64,000 nucleotides of DNA, taken from assembly GCF_009914755.1 (NCBI RefSeq), contig NC_060926.1, one strand, 5' to 3'. The stretch comes from the human T2T-CHM13v2.0 reference genome, Homo sapiens. Below the pieces are notes generated by a model, which saw only the letters and a program-made list of their open reading frames with translations, did not search any database and was not told the origin of the DNA. This document shows, piece by piece, positions 17,942 to 34,530 of this stretch; positions within the stretch are counted from its first letter, which is position 1, and every line of letters begins with the position of its first letter. The position numbers and the translations under genes are program-made.

Positions 17942-18662
17942 GCAATGCAGGACAAGGAAGGGCAATAAATAGAAAATAGTAACAAATAAGATAGATACTA
18001 ATCTAACTATATAAACAATCACTTTGAATATAAGTGCTTTATATGCACCAATGAAAACACAGAGATTGTCAGAGTGGATAACAGAACAGTAGCCAACTAT
18101 ATATCATCTACAGAGGTGAAGAAAACAGGGTCCCTTCCCTTGGAAACCTGACATCAGAAAATGTTTCCAAGGGTTCCCCTTTTTCCAATAGTGTGTGCTA
18201 TAGAGTGACGGTGGTTCTCTCTCTGCCTCTGTCCTTTAGGCACCCACACCCTGAGGAACTGCAGGCATCACACTTTAGCAGTGATCTAGTGTCCAGAGTC
18301 AGAGACCCAGAGAAATTAAAAATCTCATTAAAAACAAGCAAACAAACAAGTATTCTCCCCTTGTAAATGTTCTCGTTATTATTGTGTCCTAACAGTAACT
18401 GTAGGATTTACTCTTTGCTGTTGGCTTGGCCTTCAGGGTAATTTATCTTGCATCGTCTCATAGATTCAATCATTATCCTTGAAACAATAATGAAGTGGGA
18501 GTTAGGAGACCCCAAAGATGCTTCTCTGTATAGGAGTGAAAACCCTGGTGGCAGCAGCAACACTGGTTTCCTTGCTGTTCCTTGATGAAGCCAAGCCCAC
18601 TCCCAGCCTTCTGCATTTGTTTTTGTTTTACACTCTGCCTGGAATGATCTTCCCCCCCGGCA

Positions 18663-18961
18663 CAACTGTGTGTCACTTAACAACAGGAATCCACATTCTG
18701 AGAACTGTGTCATCAGGCAATTTTGTTGTGTGACTATTGTAGGGTGTACTTACACAAACCTAGATTTTATAGCCTACTACACACCCAGGCTATATGGTGT
18801 AGCCATTGCTCTTAGACTATAAACCTGTATAGCAGGTTAGTGTAGTGAATGTTGTAGGCAATTGTAACACAAGAGTATTTGTGAATCTAAACGCAGAAAA
18901 GGCACAGTAATTGGATATGCAGTCTGCTGTTGACTGAAACATAGTATGTGGCGCATGACTG
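18663..18961 (+). mobile_element. Tigger3a (MER7A-type) non-autonomous DNA transposon
   Basis: 'gtgtacttacacaaacctaga...tagcctactacacacccaggctatatgg...aggcaattgtaacacaa...gcgcatgactg' matches the recalled consensus, including the right TIR. Confidence 0.88.
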
Positions 18962-20743
18962 TGTACACATGGATAGCTCTGAAGGAAGGAAGAGTTTCCA
19001 AAAAGAGGCAACCACAGCTCATTTGAGTGAAGCCTGTTGTGACACAGCATGGGTTGAAAGTCCAGACACTCAACTCATCATCTTAGGCTCTGTGCATTTG
19101 CTAAACAATCTGACTGCATTGCATCATCTCAGATGCCTCACAATCTCTGGTGAAGCCATATGCTTCTTCTTGGGTGTCGGGTCACCCCTTTATCTCTGTA
19201 TCCATGTATACTGCAAATTCCTTCTTTACTCGCCAGTTCCTCCTCATCTTATAGCTCCAATGTAGCTTCTTCCGTAAAGGCCTTCCTGCTCCTCTGCACC
19301 CCTCGCCATGCTATGGGTGTCCTGATGCCTTCTCTCGGCTCCCCCGATCCCTGGGCTTACCCTGTCACAGCCTGACACTCCAGCTGTCGATCCCTGGTAT
19401 GTGTCTGTCTCTCTCTTCCACTGAGTCTGAGAGGACAATGCTTTGTCACCAGAGTCTGGGACAAAACCTTCACCAAGGGGGGGAGTCTGTAAATGCGCAC
19501 CAACTTCAATAACTGCATCCTCAGCGTCTTTGGGAACACAGTGGAGATGTACCTAATTCATCCTGGGAAAGTAAAAATGGGAGGGAGACATGGAGGCTTA
19601 ACTCAGCCTTAAATGAATGAATAAATAATGGCCAGGCAGTGGGGAGTTGGGAGGAGCTTGGAGGCTTTACCTACCACAGTGAAAGTCCTATAACTATATT
19701 TCACCATGATTTTCCGGTAGTCTAGGAGCTCCCCAGAGACCCTGGCCTGGGGTGGATCCTGTGTGGTCACGTTCATAGACCACTAAGAACAAAGGCGCCT
19801 TCCTCCATCATTTCCACCTTGCTGCCACTGGAGGGAGACCCCAGCCCATTTATCACGCCCATTCCTGCCTCCTGGAGGCCCCTCCCTTCATCTGCTCCTG
19901 CCTGATCTCCTGAGTGGGGAGGCTCGGGATTTATGGCAACGCTGGTGCCAAATCGCAGAATTGTCCTAAAGCCCAGCTCTCTGAATAAGTGATAGCCTTA
20001 GAATAATACTAACCACATTAAAAATAATGTATTGCTACTTTTTGCCTAGATCTTATAATATACCAGAGACCGTGCTGCGTGTTCTATAGGCACGATCTCT
20101 CTGCACTCTCACAAAAGCCCCATGACATGAACACATTTGTTATCCCAAATTTGTCAGATGGAAAAAGAAAAAGTGAGGCACAACTCTATTAAATGCCTTG
20201 TCTAAGGTCAACAAGTCCGTTAGGGTTGGAACTAACTGACGACAGACGAAGCCGTCCTAACCCCTGAAATCTACAAGTAGTCCAGGAAGAGGGGGAGAAG
20301 ATCCCTTTAGGTGTGAAGGAAGAATGGACTGGAAAGTAGAGACCCTGAGATCCAGGACGGAAGGAGGGAAGAGGCTCGCTTGACTGTCATAAGCTTCATT
20401 TTGCTGAAACAGACCCCAGAAAGGGCAGTGATGAGAGATGAGGCCACAATACAGGTAAGCAGGGGCCCTGGAGTGCCAAGCCTGTGTGCCAGGATGAAGA
20501 GTGCCGTTCTATTTCAAAGGAAAGGGGAATCCTGCAAGTGTTTTAAGCTGGGAAAGATAAAATCCAGTTTGTGTTTTGTGAAAATTAGGTGAGTTTCTGG
20601 GTGGAGAAAAGACAGGCAGGGGACCCAGTGCTGGTGAGAAATCCATGAGGAACCCGCAGCACCATCTTAATGAGAGAAGGCGAGGACCAGGACGGGGCAG
20701 AGGCCGGGGATATGGAAAGCAGGGGACATGAGACCTCTCTAGC

Positions 20744-20958
20744 AGGGTTGTTGAGCCTCCACACTGTTGATGCTGGCTGGGTAAACTGTTTGGGGGAGGG
20801 GAAGGGCAGACCGCCCCATGCTTTGTAGGATGGTCAGCAGGATCTAGCCTCTACCTGCCAGATGCCAGTAGCACCCCCAAATGTGACAGCCAAAAATGTC
20901 TCAGACATTGCCCAGTGTCCCCTAGGAGACAGAATTGCCCTTGGTTGAGAAACACTGC
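20744..20958 (+). mobile_element. MER20 (hAT-Charlie)
   Basis: 'gcctctacc...agatgccagtagcacccc...gtgacagccaaaaatgtctcagacattgcc...ggttgagaaacactg'. Confidence 0.88.
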
Positions 20959-21494
20959 TGCAGCGATGTCACCTAGCACAGTCTTCCAGATAGAAACTGA
21001 GGCCCTGATTTGGGTGACAGCTCCACCCCTTCCTAGCTCCATGACCTTGGAAGAGACGACTTCATCCCATTGGACTCTTTTGCTCATCAGCAAAGAAGGA
21101 CACAGCGCTTTCCTGAGAATGTGCCTGTGAGGCTGAATTAGACAAAAGCACCTTGCAAAGCTGCCTGACACATGGTGAGCCCGCAGGAAATGTGATTAGC
21201 AATCACGAAGATGAGCTTCATCTGCAAGAGACAGGCCTTTCTTTCATCATCTAGGCCGTCCTAGCTGGGGAGACACAGCAGAGGGACACAGCTCACACGC
21301 ACAGAGGGTGCCCACCAGCCATGCTCCCCCACCGGAAGACTAGATCTCACCTGGTACAACCCGCCCTGAGGAATAAGGAGACTCATGAAGAAACCCTGGC
21401 CACAAACAGAGGCCCCGTACTGTGACACTTGACCTCCTGCACACCCTCTGGCAAAAGCAATGTAAAGGAAGAATGCATTCCCCCACCCTCAGGC

Positions 21495-21862
21495 GCAATC
21501 ACTACCGCCAAGGAACCAGAGTTAAGGCCAGCGCCCTTCTGGCCTTTATTCTGGATGAATAACTAAAGGGGCTTGCTGTGTGGGCTGGACTGAGACTGCT
21601 CCTGATTATCAAGGAGACAGAGCTTTACTACAACATGGATGCAAGGAGGGATGCAAGGAGGGAACCCTTTGAATGCCTGTTACTATTAATGTAAAAGTTA
21701 ATAGAAGTTTATAGCAACCCCCCTATAGCAAGCATCCCAAAGGGCCCAGATCCCTTAGGAATAAGAGTTTTGGTCACCCCACTGGGTACAGAACATCATC
21801 TGAGATTTGGGCTGAGGTTAGAGGAAATATCAAATGAACTCTGGAGAAGGATAGTATAAAAC
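21495..21862 (+). mobile_element. ERVL-class internal fragment (dUTPase/3' region, HERVL/HERV16-like)
   Basis: 'cctgattatcaagg', 'ggcccagatcccttaggaataagagttttggtcaccccac', 'gagaaggatagtataaa' are collinear with the recalled ERVL-int consensus; heavily decayed. Confidence 0.65.
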
Positions 21863-21879
21863 TAATTTTTTTCTAGGAT

Positions 21880-22730
21880 TTTACTTTGATGGTGTTCTGG
21901 AAATAATTTCCCATTTCTTTAGTGTTTTTTTTTTTTTTTCTTCTCTCACAGGAGAATACATTACTTTCTATAGCCTCTCCCTGGCTTCATATCCTTGTTT
22001 ATGATTCAGGAGTATTTTTATTGCAGGTCTTTGTTAAATGAATCCTGTTAAGCTTGAAAATATTCTTAGTAAAATTTAATGATAATCTCTTACAGTTCAA
22101 CGTCCATTCGATAGGATATAAAATTAAAAGGTCAGTTTCTTTACCTTCAATACCCTTAAGAAATTAATTTCTTCATGCATCCAGTATTGCTATTGACAAG
22201 TCTGATATCATTTTGATTCCTTTTTTGTTATTATATGATCTACTATTTTTCTCTCTGTCTTAGATATTCTGAAGTTTCACTATCCTGCTTGTCCATGTCA
22301 GTTTTCTTTTTCTTTTTCGTTTGACACCCTGTGGTGTCGTCAGTATAAGACCTTTCAGTTTTCTTTGTTTCTGGAGAATTTATATTTATTACTTATTCAA
22401 ATATCTTCCTTATGCCTTTCTTCTTTTCCGTCTAGATCCCATTTTATCTGGATTTTGGTACTTCTCTCCTCCATATCTATCAATTTATTGTTCTTGTTTC
22501 TGAATCTCTGTGGACTCTTTCTAGGAGAGTCTCTCACTCCAATCTTTCTGTTGAGTTATTTGATTGTCAGCAGTATCAACTTTGGGGAAGTTTCATTCTA
22601 AAATTTGAATACCTTTCGTATCTATTGGTTCCACTGCATTCTTTTTAATGAGTTCTTATTGTTCTTTCCTGTACTTATTTTGTACTCTTATCTATTCAAG
22701 TATATTCGCATTGCTTGCTTTAAAATCCCA
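21880..22730 (-). mobile_element. Ancient L1/HAL1-like fragment
   Basis: 'ccagtattgctattgacaagtctgatatc', 'tctgaagtttcactat' motifs, T-rich. Confidence 0.55.
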
Positions 22731-23550
22731 GAACATATACTACAATAAGATATACAAGGATGTCCAGCAGGCCTCTGACCTTCCCTTTGGAGTGACTGTA
22801 CTCCTCAGGTCTTAAGTCATTTGGGCCTGTGGCTTATGTTCCCAGGGGAGGACCTGCTACTCTGGATGATTAAGTGTGAGGGGACAGAAAGAAGCCCAAG
22901 CTGCAGTGAGAGCCCCAAGGCAGAGAAGATCTGTCCAGAGCAGAGGGAATCACTGCGGCTCACTCCTACTGAGCTCTTTGGGGCCATCCCATCATCAGGG
23001 TTTTACTCTGAAGACAGAAATAAGCAGTATTTGGAGCCCAATACTCTTCTAGATCGTAATCTGTCATTTTGTCACCTGGAGCACTTTCTATTTATTATGT
23101 GATTTTAGAATGTAATTCTTACTGTAGAAATAAACTTAAAGCAGTACCATTAATAAAATTCTTGAAAACTATAAAGCACTAAACACCTGTAAGTTATTAC
23201 TTTACTGCTAGGTGCAAAGAGGGGTTCAGCATGGATAGCTCTGAATGCTGTGAAAAGCTGCTCAAGATTCACAGCCTTTCAAGGGTTTTTTCTTTATAAA
23301 AATTCAAATTTCTCATCTACCTAAATAATGATGTAATTTAGATATGTTTAGGCTTTCCACGAGTTGTGTCTTGATACTATCTGTGAATTGATCCTATAAT
23401 CTAAAAAACAATCTACTGAAAAAGCTAAACATATCATTCAGGGTCGGTCGAGTTAGAGAGGCAGAAACCACACAATGAGTTGAGCAAAGAAAGTTTAATG
23501 CAAAGAATTAATAACTAAAACGGGGGATTGGAGTATTGAAGAATTGGCTA

Positions 23551-25898
<2,348 letters not shown>

Positions 25899-26215
25899 TA
25901 TGATGTTGGCTGGTTATTTTGACCATTAATTGATGTGGTTTCTTCATAGCATCAATGGTCTTTACCATTTGGCATATTTTTGCAGTGGCTGGTACCGGTT
26001 GTTCCTTTCCATGTTTAGTGCTTCTGTTCAGCAGGCCTGGTGGTGACAAAATCTCTCAGCATTTGCTTGACTCTAAAGGATTTTATTTCTCCTTCACTTA
26101 TGAAGCTTAGTTTGGCTGTATGTGAGATTCTGGGTTGATTAGTATGTTTAGTCTTTTCTTTAAGAATGTTGAATGTTGGCCCCAACTCTCTTCTGGTTTG
26201 TAGGGTTTCTGCTGA

Positions 26216-27731
<1,516 letters not shown>

Positions 27732-28662
27732 ACAATGAGAACGCATGGACACAGGGTAGGGAACATTATACACTGGGGCCTGTCAGGAGGTAGGGGGCTG
27801 GGGGAGGGATAACATTAGGAGAAATACCTTATGTAAATGACGAATTGATGGGTGTAGCAAACCAACATAGCACATGTATACCTATGTAACAAACCTGCAT
27901 GTTGTGCACATGTACCCTAGAACATAAGTATAATAAAAACAAAAACAAAAAAACATAATACAGAAGTAGCAAACATTAGAAGCAGCTACAACCCTCTAGG
28001 TCCAAGATGGAGAACCTGGGAAGGAGCCACCTCCACGTCTCTCACCTCTTCAGGGGCGAATTGCATTCCTTGTTGGAAAGGGTGTGCAATGGTCACTGGA
28101 TGGGAGAGAAATCACAGTCTCTTTGCTGATGCAACTTGTGGGAAACCTAATATTTTGGGTTGCCAGGAAACATCTGTTCACAAAAAGGTGCTGCATCTCT
28201 GGACTCATTGCAAAGCTACCTGAGGGATTCCTGGGCAATTGATTCATGGAGAGGTGATGTACTGGTGGCACTCTGCTGTGATGACGCCTGAGGAGGTATC
28301 AGGGAAGCTGCTGGCTGTACATGATGCTGGCCAACCTGTACTGCAGGAACTGGGCCCTGGTGAATGTTCATGGTGGAGGAACCTAGTGAGAGATGTGCAC
28401 CAAAACCAGGAAAATAAACCCTTTCCCCCTAGAGCAAACGTACAGCAGCACCGCCTACTGACAATATTGTACCAGCTGACAAAGGAGAACTATCCACAGG
28501 GCCCATCTCAGTTACTGCAGAATAAGGAATGGAGAGTGAATTTGGAATTGAGAGACAATAAGTGGATGACTGTCACAGTCAGTGTTAACAATGAGGTTTT
28601 GCTCTTTAGGAATAAGTTATCTGAAGACAAAGCAGGAGGAAGGTCTGTCTTGGTCCTGGATC

Positions 28663-28803
28663 ACTGCTGCTAAAACTTAAGCATGCAAGTCAATCACCTG
28701 GGTGTTTAAATAGATTTCTGGGCCCCATTATGAGAATTCTGATTCAAGAGGTCTACAATGGGGTCTGATCATTTACATTTCTTACCAGTTCCTAAGGGAT
28801 GCT
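28663..28803. mobile_element. MER5-like hAT fragment
   Basis: 'aatcacctgg...agatttctgggcccc...attctgattcaagaggtct...tttcttaccagttcc'. Confidence 0.6.
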
Positions 28804-31293
28804 TGATACCGTCTTCTCCTTTTACCTTTAGGTAATTTATCTATCATGAAGAGTTTCTTATTTTTATCACCTAGTTTTATGACCAGGGCCACACTTTATG
28901 TAGAACACTCCTTCTGTTCTCTTCTAACTTAGTTATTATACACAAGGAGAAGATAATCTTGATCTTTCTAAAAGCATACATTTGAAATCTTTAAATAAAA
29001 GCAGTCCCACACAACTGCATTTCTGATCATTTAAAAATGTATTTTCTTTTTTTTCAATTTAGGATTTTCTAAACAGATTAAAGAAAAGTAATAACTATAG
29101 TAATATTTTCTCAATTATTCTAGTACAGTATCTACTCACATCACATATTTAATATGACTTGGAATTGTCAATTTCACATGATTTAACACTACACAAAACA
29201 TTTTCAAACTGCATGAAAATGTAACCAACAGGTTTTTCTATTGAGAAGTTGTAATATAAAAACGTACAAAAAGATTTGAGGGGAAAAAAAGTAAAAACTG
29301 TCCTGACAGCGGCTTTCCTTTGTTTCAATATGGGGTTAAATGTTAAGAATAAAGATAATTTGACCTAGCTCTATTTTTCCTAAGGTTTATAAAATATCTT
29401 TCTTTCATATAACTGAAAAATATGGTAACTGTGATATCTCTTTAGTCTTAGTAAAATAAACATGTCTTTATTAAGTTATAGGATGGTAATGAGCTTCACG
29501 TTGAGCTGAGGCACTAACCTGAGTTTATGCCCCTGGAGACTTTTGCTTTTCAGGCAAGCATACCTCAAGGTATACATGTCACGTTGTTTCAGGTGACCTT
29601 TAATTTTATCCCATAAAATAATGTTTGAGCTTATCTCATTTTGCCAATTATTTCCATGACTTACTGACACTCTTGCCAATAAATCAGTGAGGCTGTTTTC
29701 TTAATGTATAGAGACACATTACAGAAAAAGCCTAGGTGTGAGTCACAGTTCCTGGGGTTTTCACGTGAATTTACCAACAAGCTTAGAGGCCTTCAACAAA
29801 TGCTTATGTTTCCCTTTCTGGGCCTCAGTTTTCTCAAACGTAAAAATGACAGATTTAAAGAAATTATTTCTAATGAACTCTCTACCTCCCTGATTTTATA
29901 TTTTTTATCAAATATCTTAAAATATAATATTGTTGGGCTTTATTAAACAGAGCTCATCCAGAAAGGTTAATAAAATCACTGGGGTTTTTCTCTTTTATTA
30001 TGATTTTTGAAATAACTGTATGAGTCTTTTGTTAATATAGATAAACAGTGTTGTATAATGGTGGACACGTGTTAATGTCTGGGCTGTTGTCCCACTGATT
30101 TTTTTTTTAATAACAATACTGATAACGGCAAATGAGGTATTAGCCTAGTCGGTGTACCACAATAAAAGGAACCACTATGTGGTAGTATAATGCAGAAAAT
30201 GGTAGGAATCGGGGCTCTAGCTGTAATGAGATGTGCTTTGTCTGGTCATATGGTCTTCAACTTGAATTATTTAATCGATATAAACTATAGTGAACTAGTG
30301 ACTTAGAGAATATTGATAACACTGTCAGATTGTTTATAAATAATACCAGCATTATACATTTTATAGTGAAATTCATTCCAAATAATAATGCTGAAATGTT
30401 GGCATTTTTCAATATTTCAAGAATGTTACAAGATTAATGAAAAAAATAACAAGTACAATGTTAATTTTTTGAATTGGCACTATGAATTATTAATTGTGGA
30501 AAAAGGATCGGGCAAGCAGAAAAGGTTTATTAATTTATTATTTTTAATTTTTTTTTAAGATTGGGTTGTTGACGTATCATTTTCCTCATTGCCATGCAGG
30601 TGTGAGGTGATGTCTTTTCAGTGATTCCAGATGAGGCATGGCCTAAAGCAGAGAATGACGCATTCTCAGATCATGCGATCGTCATAACTGGGCTTCATCC
30701 ACCTTCCCAGAGATTTCCTGAGAGGCTCCAGTTCAGACCTTAACACCAGCCACTACCCCACATTTTCCCTCCACCACCACACATTAGCAGGGGAATAGAA
30801 CAAAATGGTGAATTCAGTGGGGAGAAGTCCCTCCACTGGAATTCCCTCATGGGGAGATTATTCTCTCCTCTCCCAATGGGAAAATGCAGTAAGTGTCCCC
30901 CAGAAAAGGGGAGATGCAGAAGACACTTATGAAGACTTGGGTGAGTGGCCATGGTTGAGGTGCTGCTAGGAACCCCACAGCAGAAGGAGCAAAGATTATA
31001 GAGGACTGAGGCCCCGTGAGATTTCAGTTATTGGGAAAAAAATAAACAATAGTTGCACATGCATACCCCAATGAGGTAATATTGCTGAATGTACATCTAT
31101 TACAAGGCTTTTTCTCCATATTAGAGCTAAATTTCAGCTGCCATCTAATTTCCTGTTAGAATTAGCACATTAGTAGGTTTGGATTTTGTGACGCATCTTA
31201 AAATTCTTCGTTTTTGCATTTCATTTGTCTTTTTGTCTCCTGTACCTGGCAGAGTGCCTGGCACAGAAAATGCACTCAATAAATACAGAACTA

Positions 31294-31482
<189 letters not shown>

Positions 31483-31516
31483 TCATTACTCAGTTTCCTG
31501 TGTGCTGTTCTTGAGG

Positions 31517-31696
31517 CAGCTGTTGTTAGAACAACCACACATATTAAAATAATCCACAGAATGTTAAAAAATACTGATGCCTAGATTCTCCCTACTTAAG
31601 ATTTTGATCTAATTGGTCTGGGGTGTAAGCTGGACGCAGGGGTTTATAAAAATTCCCAGGAGATTCTAAAATACAGCCAAGATTGGGAACTACTGT
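31517..31696. mobile_element. MER5A-like hAT element
   Basis: 'aaaaatactgatgcctag...gattttgatctaattggtctggggtg...cccaggagattctaa...cagccaagattgggaactactg'. Confidence 0.75.
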
Positions 31697-31699
31697 CTA

Positions 31700-32580
31700 G
31701 ATTATCTTCCTTCTTACCAATTCTTTCTTCTGCTGTATCTAATCTACAATTTTACCCATTCATTGAGACTTTAATTTTAACAATTGTGATTTAAATTTCT
31801 AAGACATCTTTTATTATTTTTAATTGATCTTTCTATTTTGCTATAGTGCCATTTTCTTATAGTTTCCACACCTGCTTTTATACTTTAATCATTTTAAATT
31901 TGTTTTACTACTTTTATGGCTAATTATTTTATAGGAAATTCTTCGGAATCTACCCGTCCTACTTCATGTGCACTGTCTCTTGCTTACTGAACCTTGTTCT
32001 CTTGCATGTTTTATAAATTTGAATTGTAAACCTAACTTAAAAAGAGTTCTATCTGGAAATCCTGACAGCATGGTTTCAAGGAGTTTTGATTTGTCTTTGG
32101 CAAAATACACAACAGTATCTCCACAGCCCTATAAATCCTGTTTTATATACATTTCTGGTGTTCTGTGTTTCTAAATCACAGAATATTTATACCTCCCCAC
32201 TTCAAATCACTGTAGTGGACAGGGCTGGGGTTTAGAATTCCCAGAGAAGCATTTTTTCCCCTGCAGCCAGCAAAGGGTAGACAATGTTGTTCTTTGCCAA
32301 ATGTGTTAGCTCTCTTTAATCATTACCTGCTTCTCCCAGGCTGAAAGTTTCTTTCCCTAGTTCCACAAAAAGCTGGGAGCCCAATCCCCTGGTTTGATCA
32401 TTGCCCTTCCCTGACACCCCTCCAGGAAAGCTGTATCTCAGTTCATGTTATTTGCCCTGTGGTTTATTTCTGCTATAAGATTTCACTTCTTTGTTGGTAC
32501 CTCAACTATGTGTTGAAAATAATGCTCTGATTACTTTATCTGGCATTTCTATGGGTTTATCTCAAGGGACTTTGCAGATG
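31700..32580 (-). mobile_element. Ancient L1M ORF1/5' fragment
   Basis: 'caattctttcttctgctgtatctaatctac...acccattcattgag'. Confidence 0.5.
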
Positions 32581-33000
32581 AGTCTATCTTCTTGATCACC
32601 TCACCCTCGTCCCATTCTTATCCCATCTTAACACATTGTGCATAACAGATGCTCCAGAATGCTCTTTGATCTCAGTGTCTACTCAGCCTCACTACTCCAT
32701 CAGCCCCTGCTGTCTTGCTGGAGCCCTCAGTTACAAAGAGAAATATTTATCATCCTTTTACCTCCCTCATGGCTTATTGACTCAATTTCTTTCACATGTG
32801 TTCATGACACTTAGAGTGCTACCAAACTTGCTCCCTGTTATGGATGAAAGCGTTTCTTAATAGCTCACCTGTCCCAGGATGGTTGCAGGCCACAGAATGA
32901 TCACTTTAAAATAGTCATGGATTTCTAAAGTTTTTAATGATTTTGAAAAAAAAAAAAAAAAAACCTAACTTTTTTCACCAAAGGGTCTTGCATGAATGCA

Positions 33001-33318
33001 TTTTTTGTTTGTTTTGTGTGTGTGTGTGTGTGTGTATTTGAGACAGGGTCTCACCATGCTGTTGACTAGGCTGTAGTGCAGTGGCACAATCTTGGCTCAC
33101 TGCAACTTCCATCCCCTGGGTTCAAGCAATTCTTTTGTATCAGCCTCCAGAGTAGCTGGGACTACAGGGACATGCTACCAGGCCCCACTAATTTTTGTAT
33201 TTTTAGTAGAGACGGGGTTTTACCATGTTGGCCAGGCTGGTCTGGAATTCCTGACTTCAAGCAATCTGCCTGCCTCTGCTTTCCAAAGTGCTGGGTGGCA
33301 TAAGCCACCGTGCCCGGC
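33001..33318 (-). mobile_element. Old Alu (J/early S) with (TG)n in the tail
   Basis: Antisense dimer, diverged. Confidence 0.92.
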
Positions 33319-34189
33319 AGGATGTATATTTTTAATTAAATGAGTTCTACAAAATATATGAGATTGCTGGTTTTCTTTAATGTACTTATAGGTAAAGTCT
33401 GGCTGGTATCATGTACTTTACATTATAAACTAAAGTAGAGACTTGTGTATTTGCTACATATTCAAATTTACTTTGTTGATGAGGATACTGGGAGGTTGTG
33501 CTGAAAGATTCTTCTTTATTGATTGCACACATCTTAAAGGGAAGAAAGTGGTTTACAAAAGACATTTTAAAGGACTTCTAGAAAGATAATAAAATAGTAA
33601 TCAAGAAAAAGAGATGGTTGCTCCAAAATAATATGGTGGGAAAACAATAATAAAAATAACTGTAATGTAATTGGAAATTAGTTTTTAAATTATATTGGTT
33701 TACTTAGCTTTTCAAAAAACAAAAGAAATAAAAGATAATGAAAATAACATCCATCATCAGATTTCTCAGACTGCATGAAAATGTCCTTGCCCTTAGTTAA
33801 AAAAAAAAAAAAAATCAGTGTCTGTTGCATGTGATTAGCCAGGCTTGGTTTTGATTGTTTCCATTACGATCTTCTTGTTAGAGTGTAATGAGATGCAGTC
33901 CTGCACGTATGAATACCCATCGCCTGTCACTGAGCCATCTGTCCACAACTTAAAGGCATGAAAACGCTGTCTGCAGTGAATGAGAAAAATGGAAATTTAT
34001 ATTAGAATCGTTCCTTTTTGTTCTTTGTTCATGATTGAAAGCCACTCGACATCTATTCACTGGGATTCAGACATTTAACAGGCAACCTATCTAACAACTT
34101 TAAAATGTATTCTAAAATTGGGGTCTATTTTGACATCTGGACGTTGGCCAATCTTTTCCCTGAACCAGCTTTTTTTTTTTTAAGAAAGC

Positions 34190-34530
34190 TTTAAAAAATA
34201 GACTTTATTTTTTAGAGCAGTTTTAGGTTTATAGAAAAATTGAGCAGAAAGTACATAGCTCCAGTGTACTCCCTTCCCCCAACCTCACTTTCCCCTATTA
34301 ACATCTTGAATTGGTGTGGTACATTTGTTACAATTCACAAACAAATATTGTAGTTTAACTGTGCCCCCAGATCCCCTGTCTTTTACCTATGCATGTTCCT
34401 GCCGCAATCCCTGGGGTTCACTGAGAGGTTTTACTGCCTCTATAGTTGTTCATTTTATAAATATTATAACATTGGAATCTTACAATATATTGTCTTTTCA
34501 GACTTTTTTCATGTAGCAATATGTATTGTA
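34190..34530 (-). mobile_element. L1MC/MD-like 3' end fragment
   Basis: 'ttttagagcagttttaggtttatagaaaaattgagcagaaagtaca', 'gtggtacatttgttacaatt'. Confidence 0.75.

Noticed and set aside
28239-28673. 144-aa ORF, the longest non-L1 ORF
   Set aside because: Lies antisense within an ERVL LTR, starts at a non-ATG codon and has no recognisable domain.
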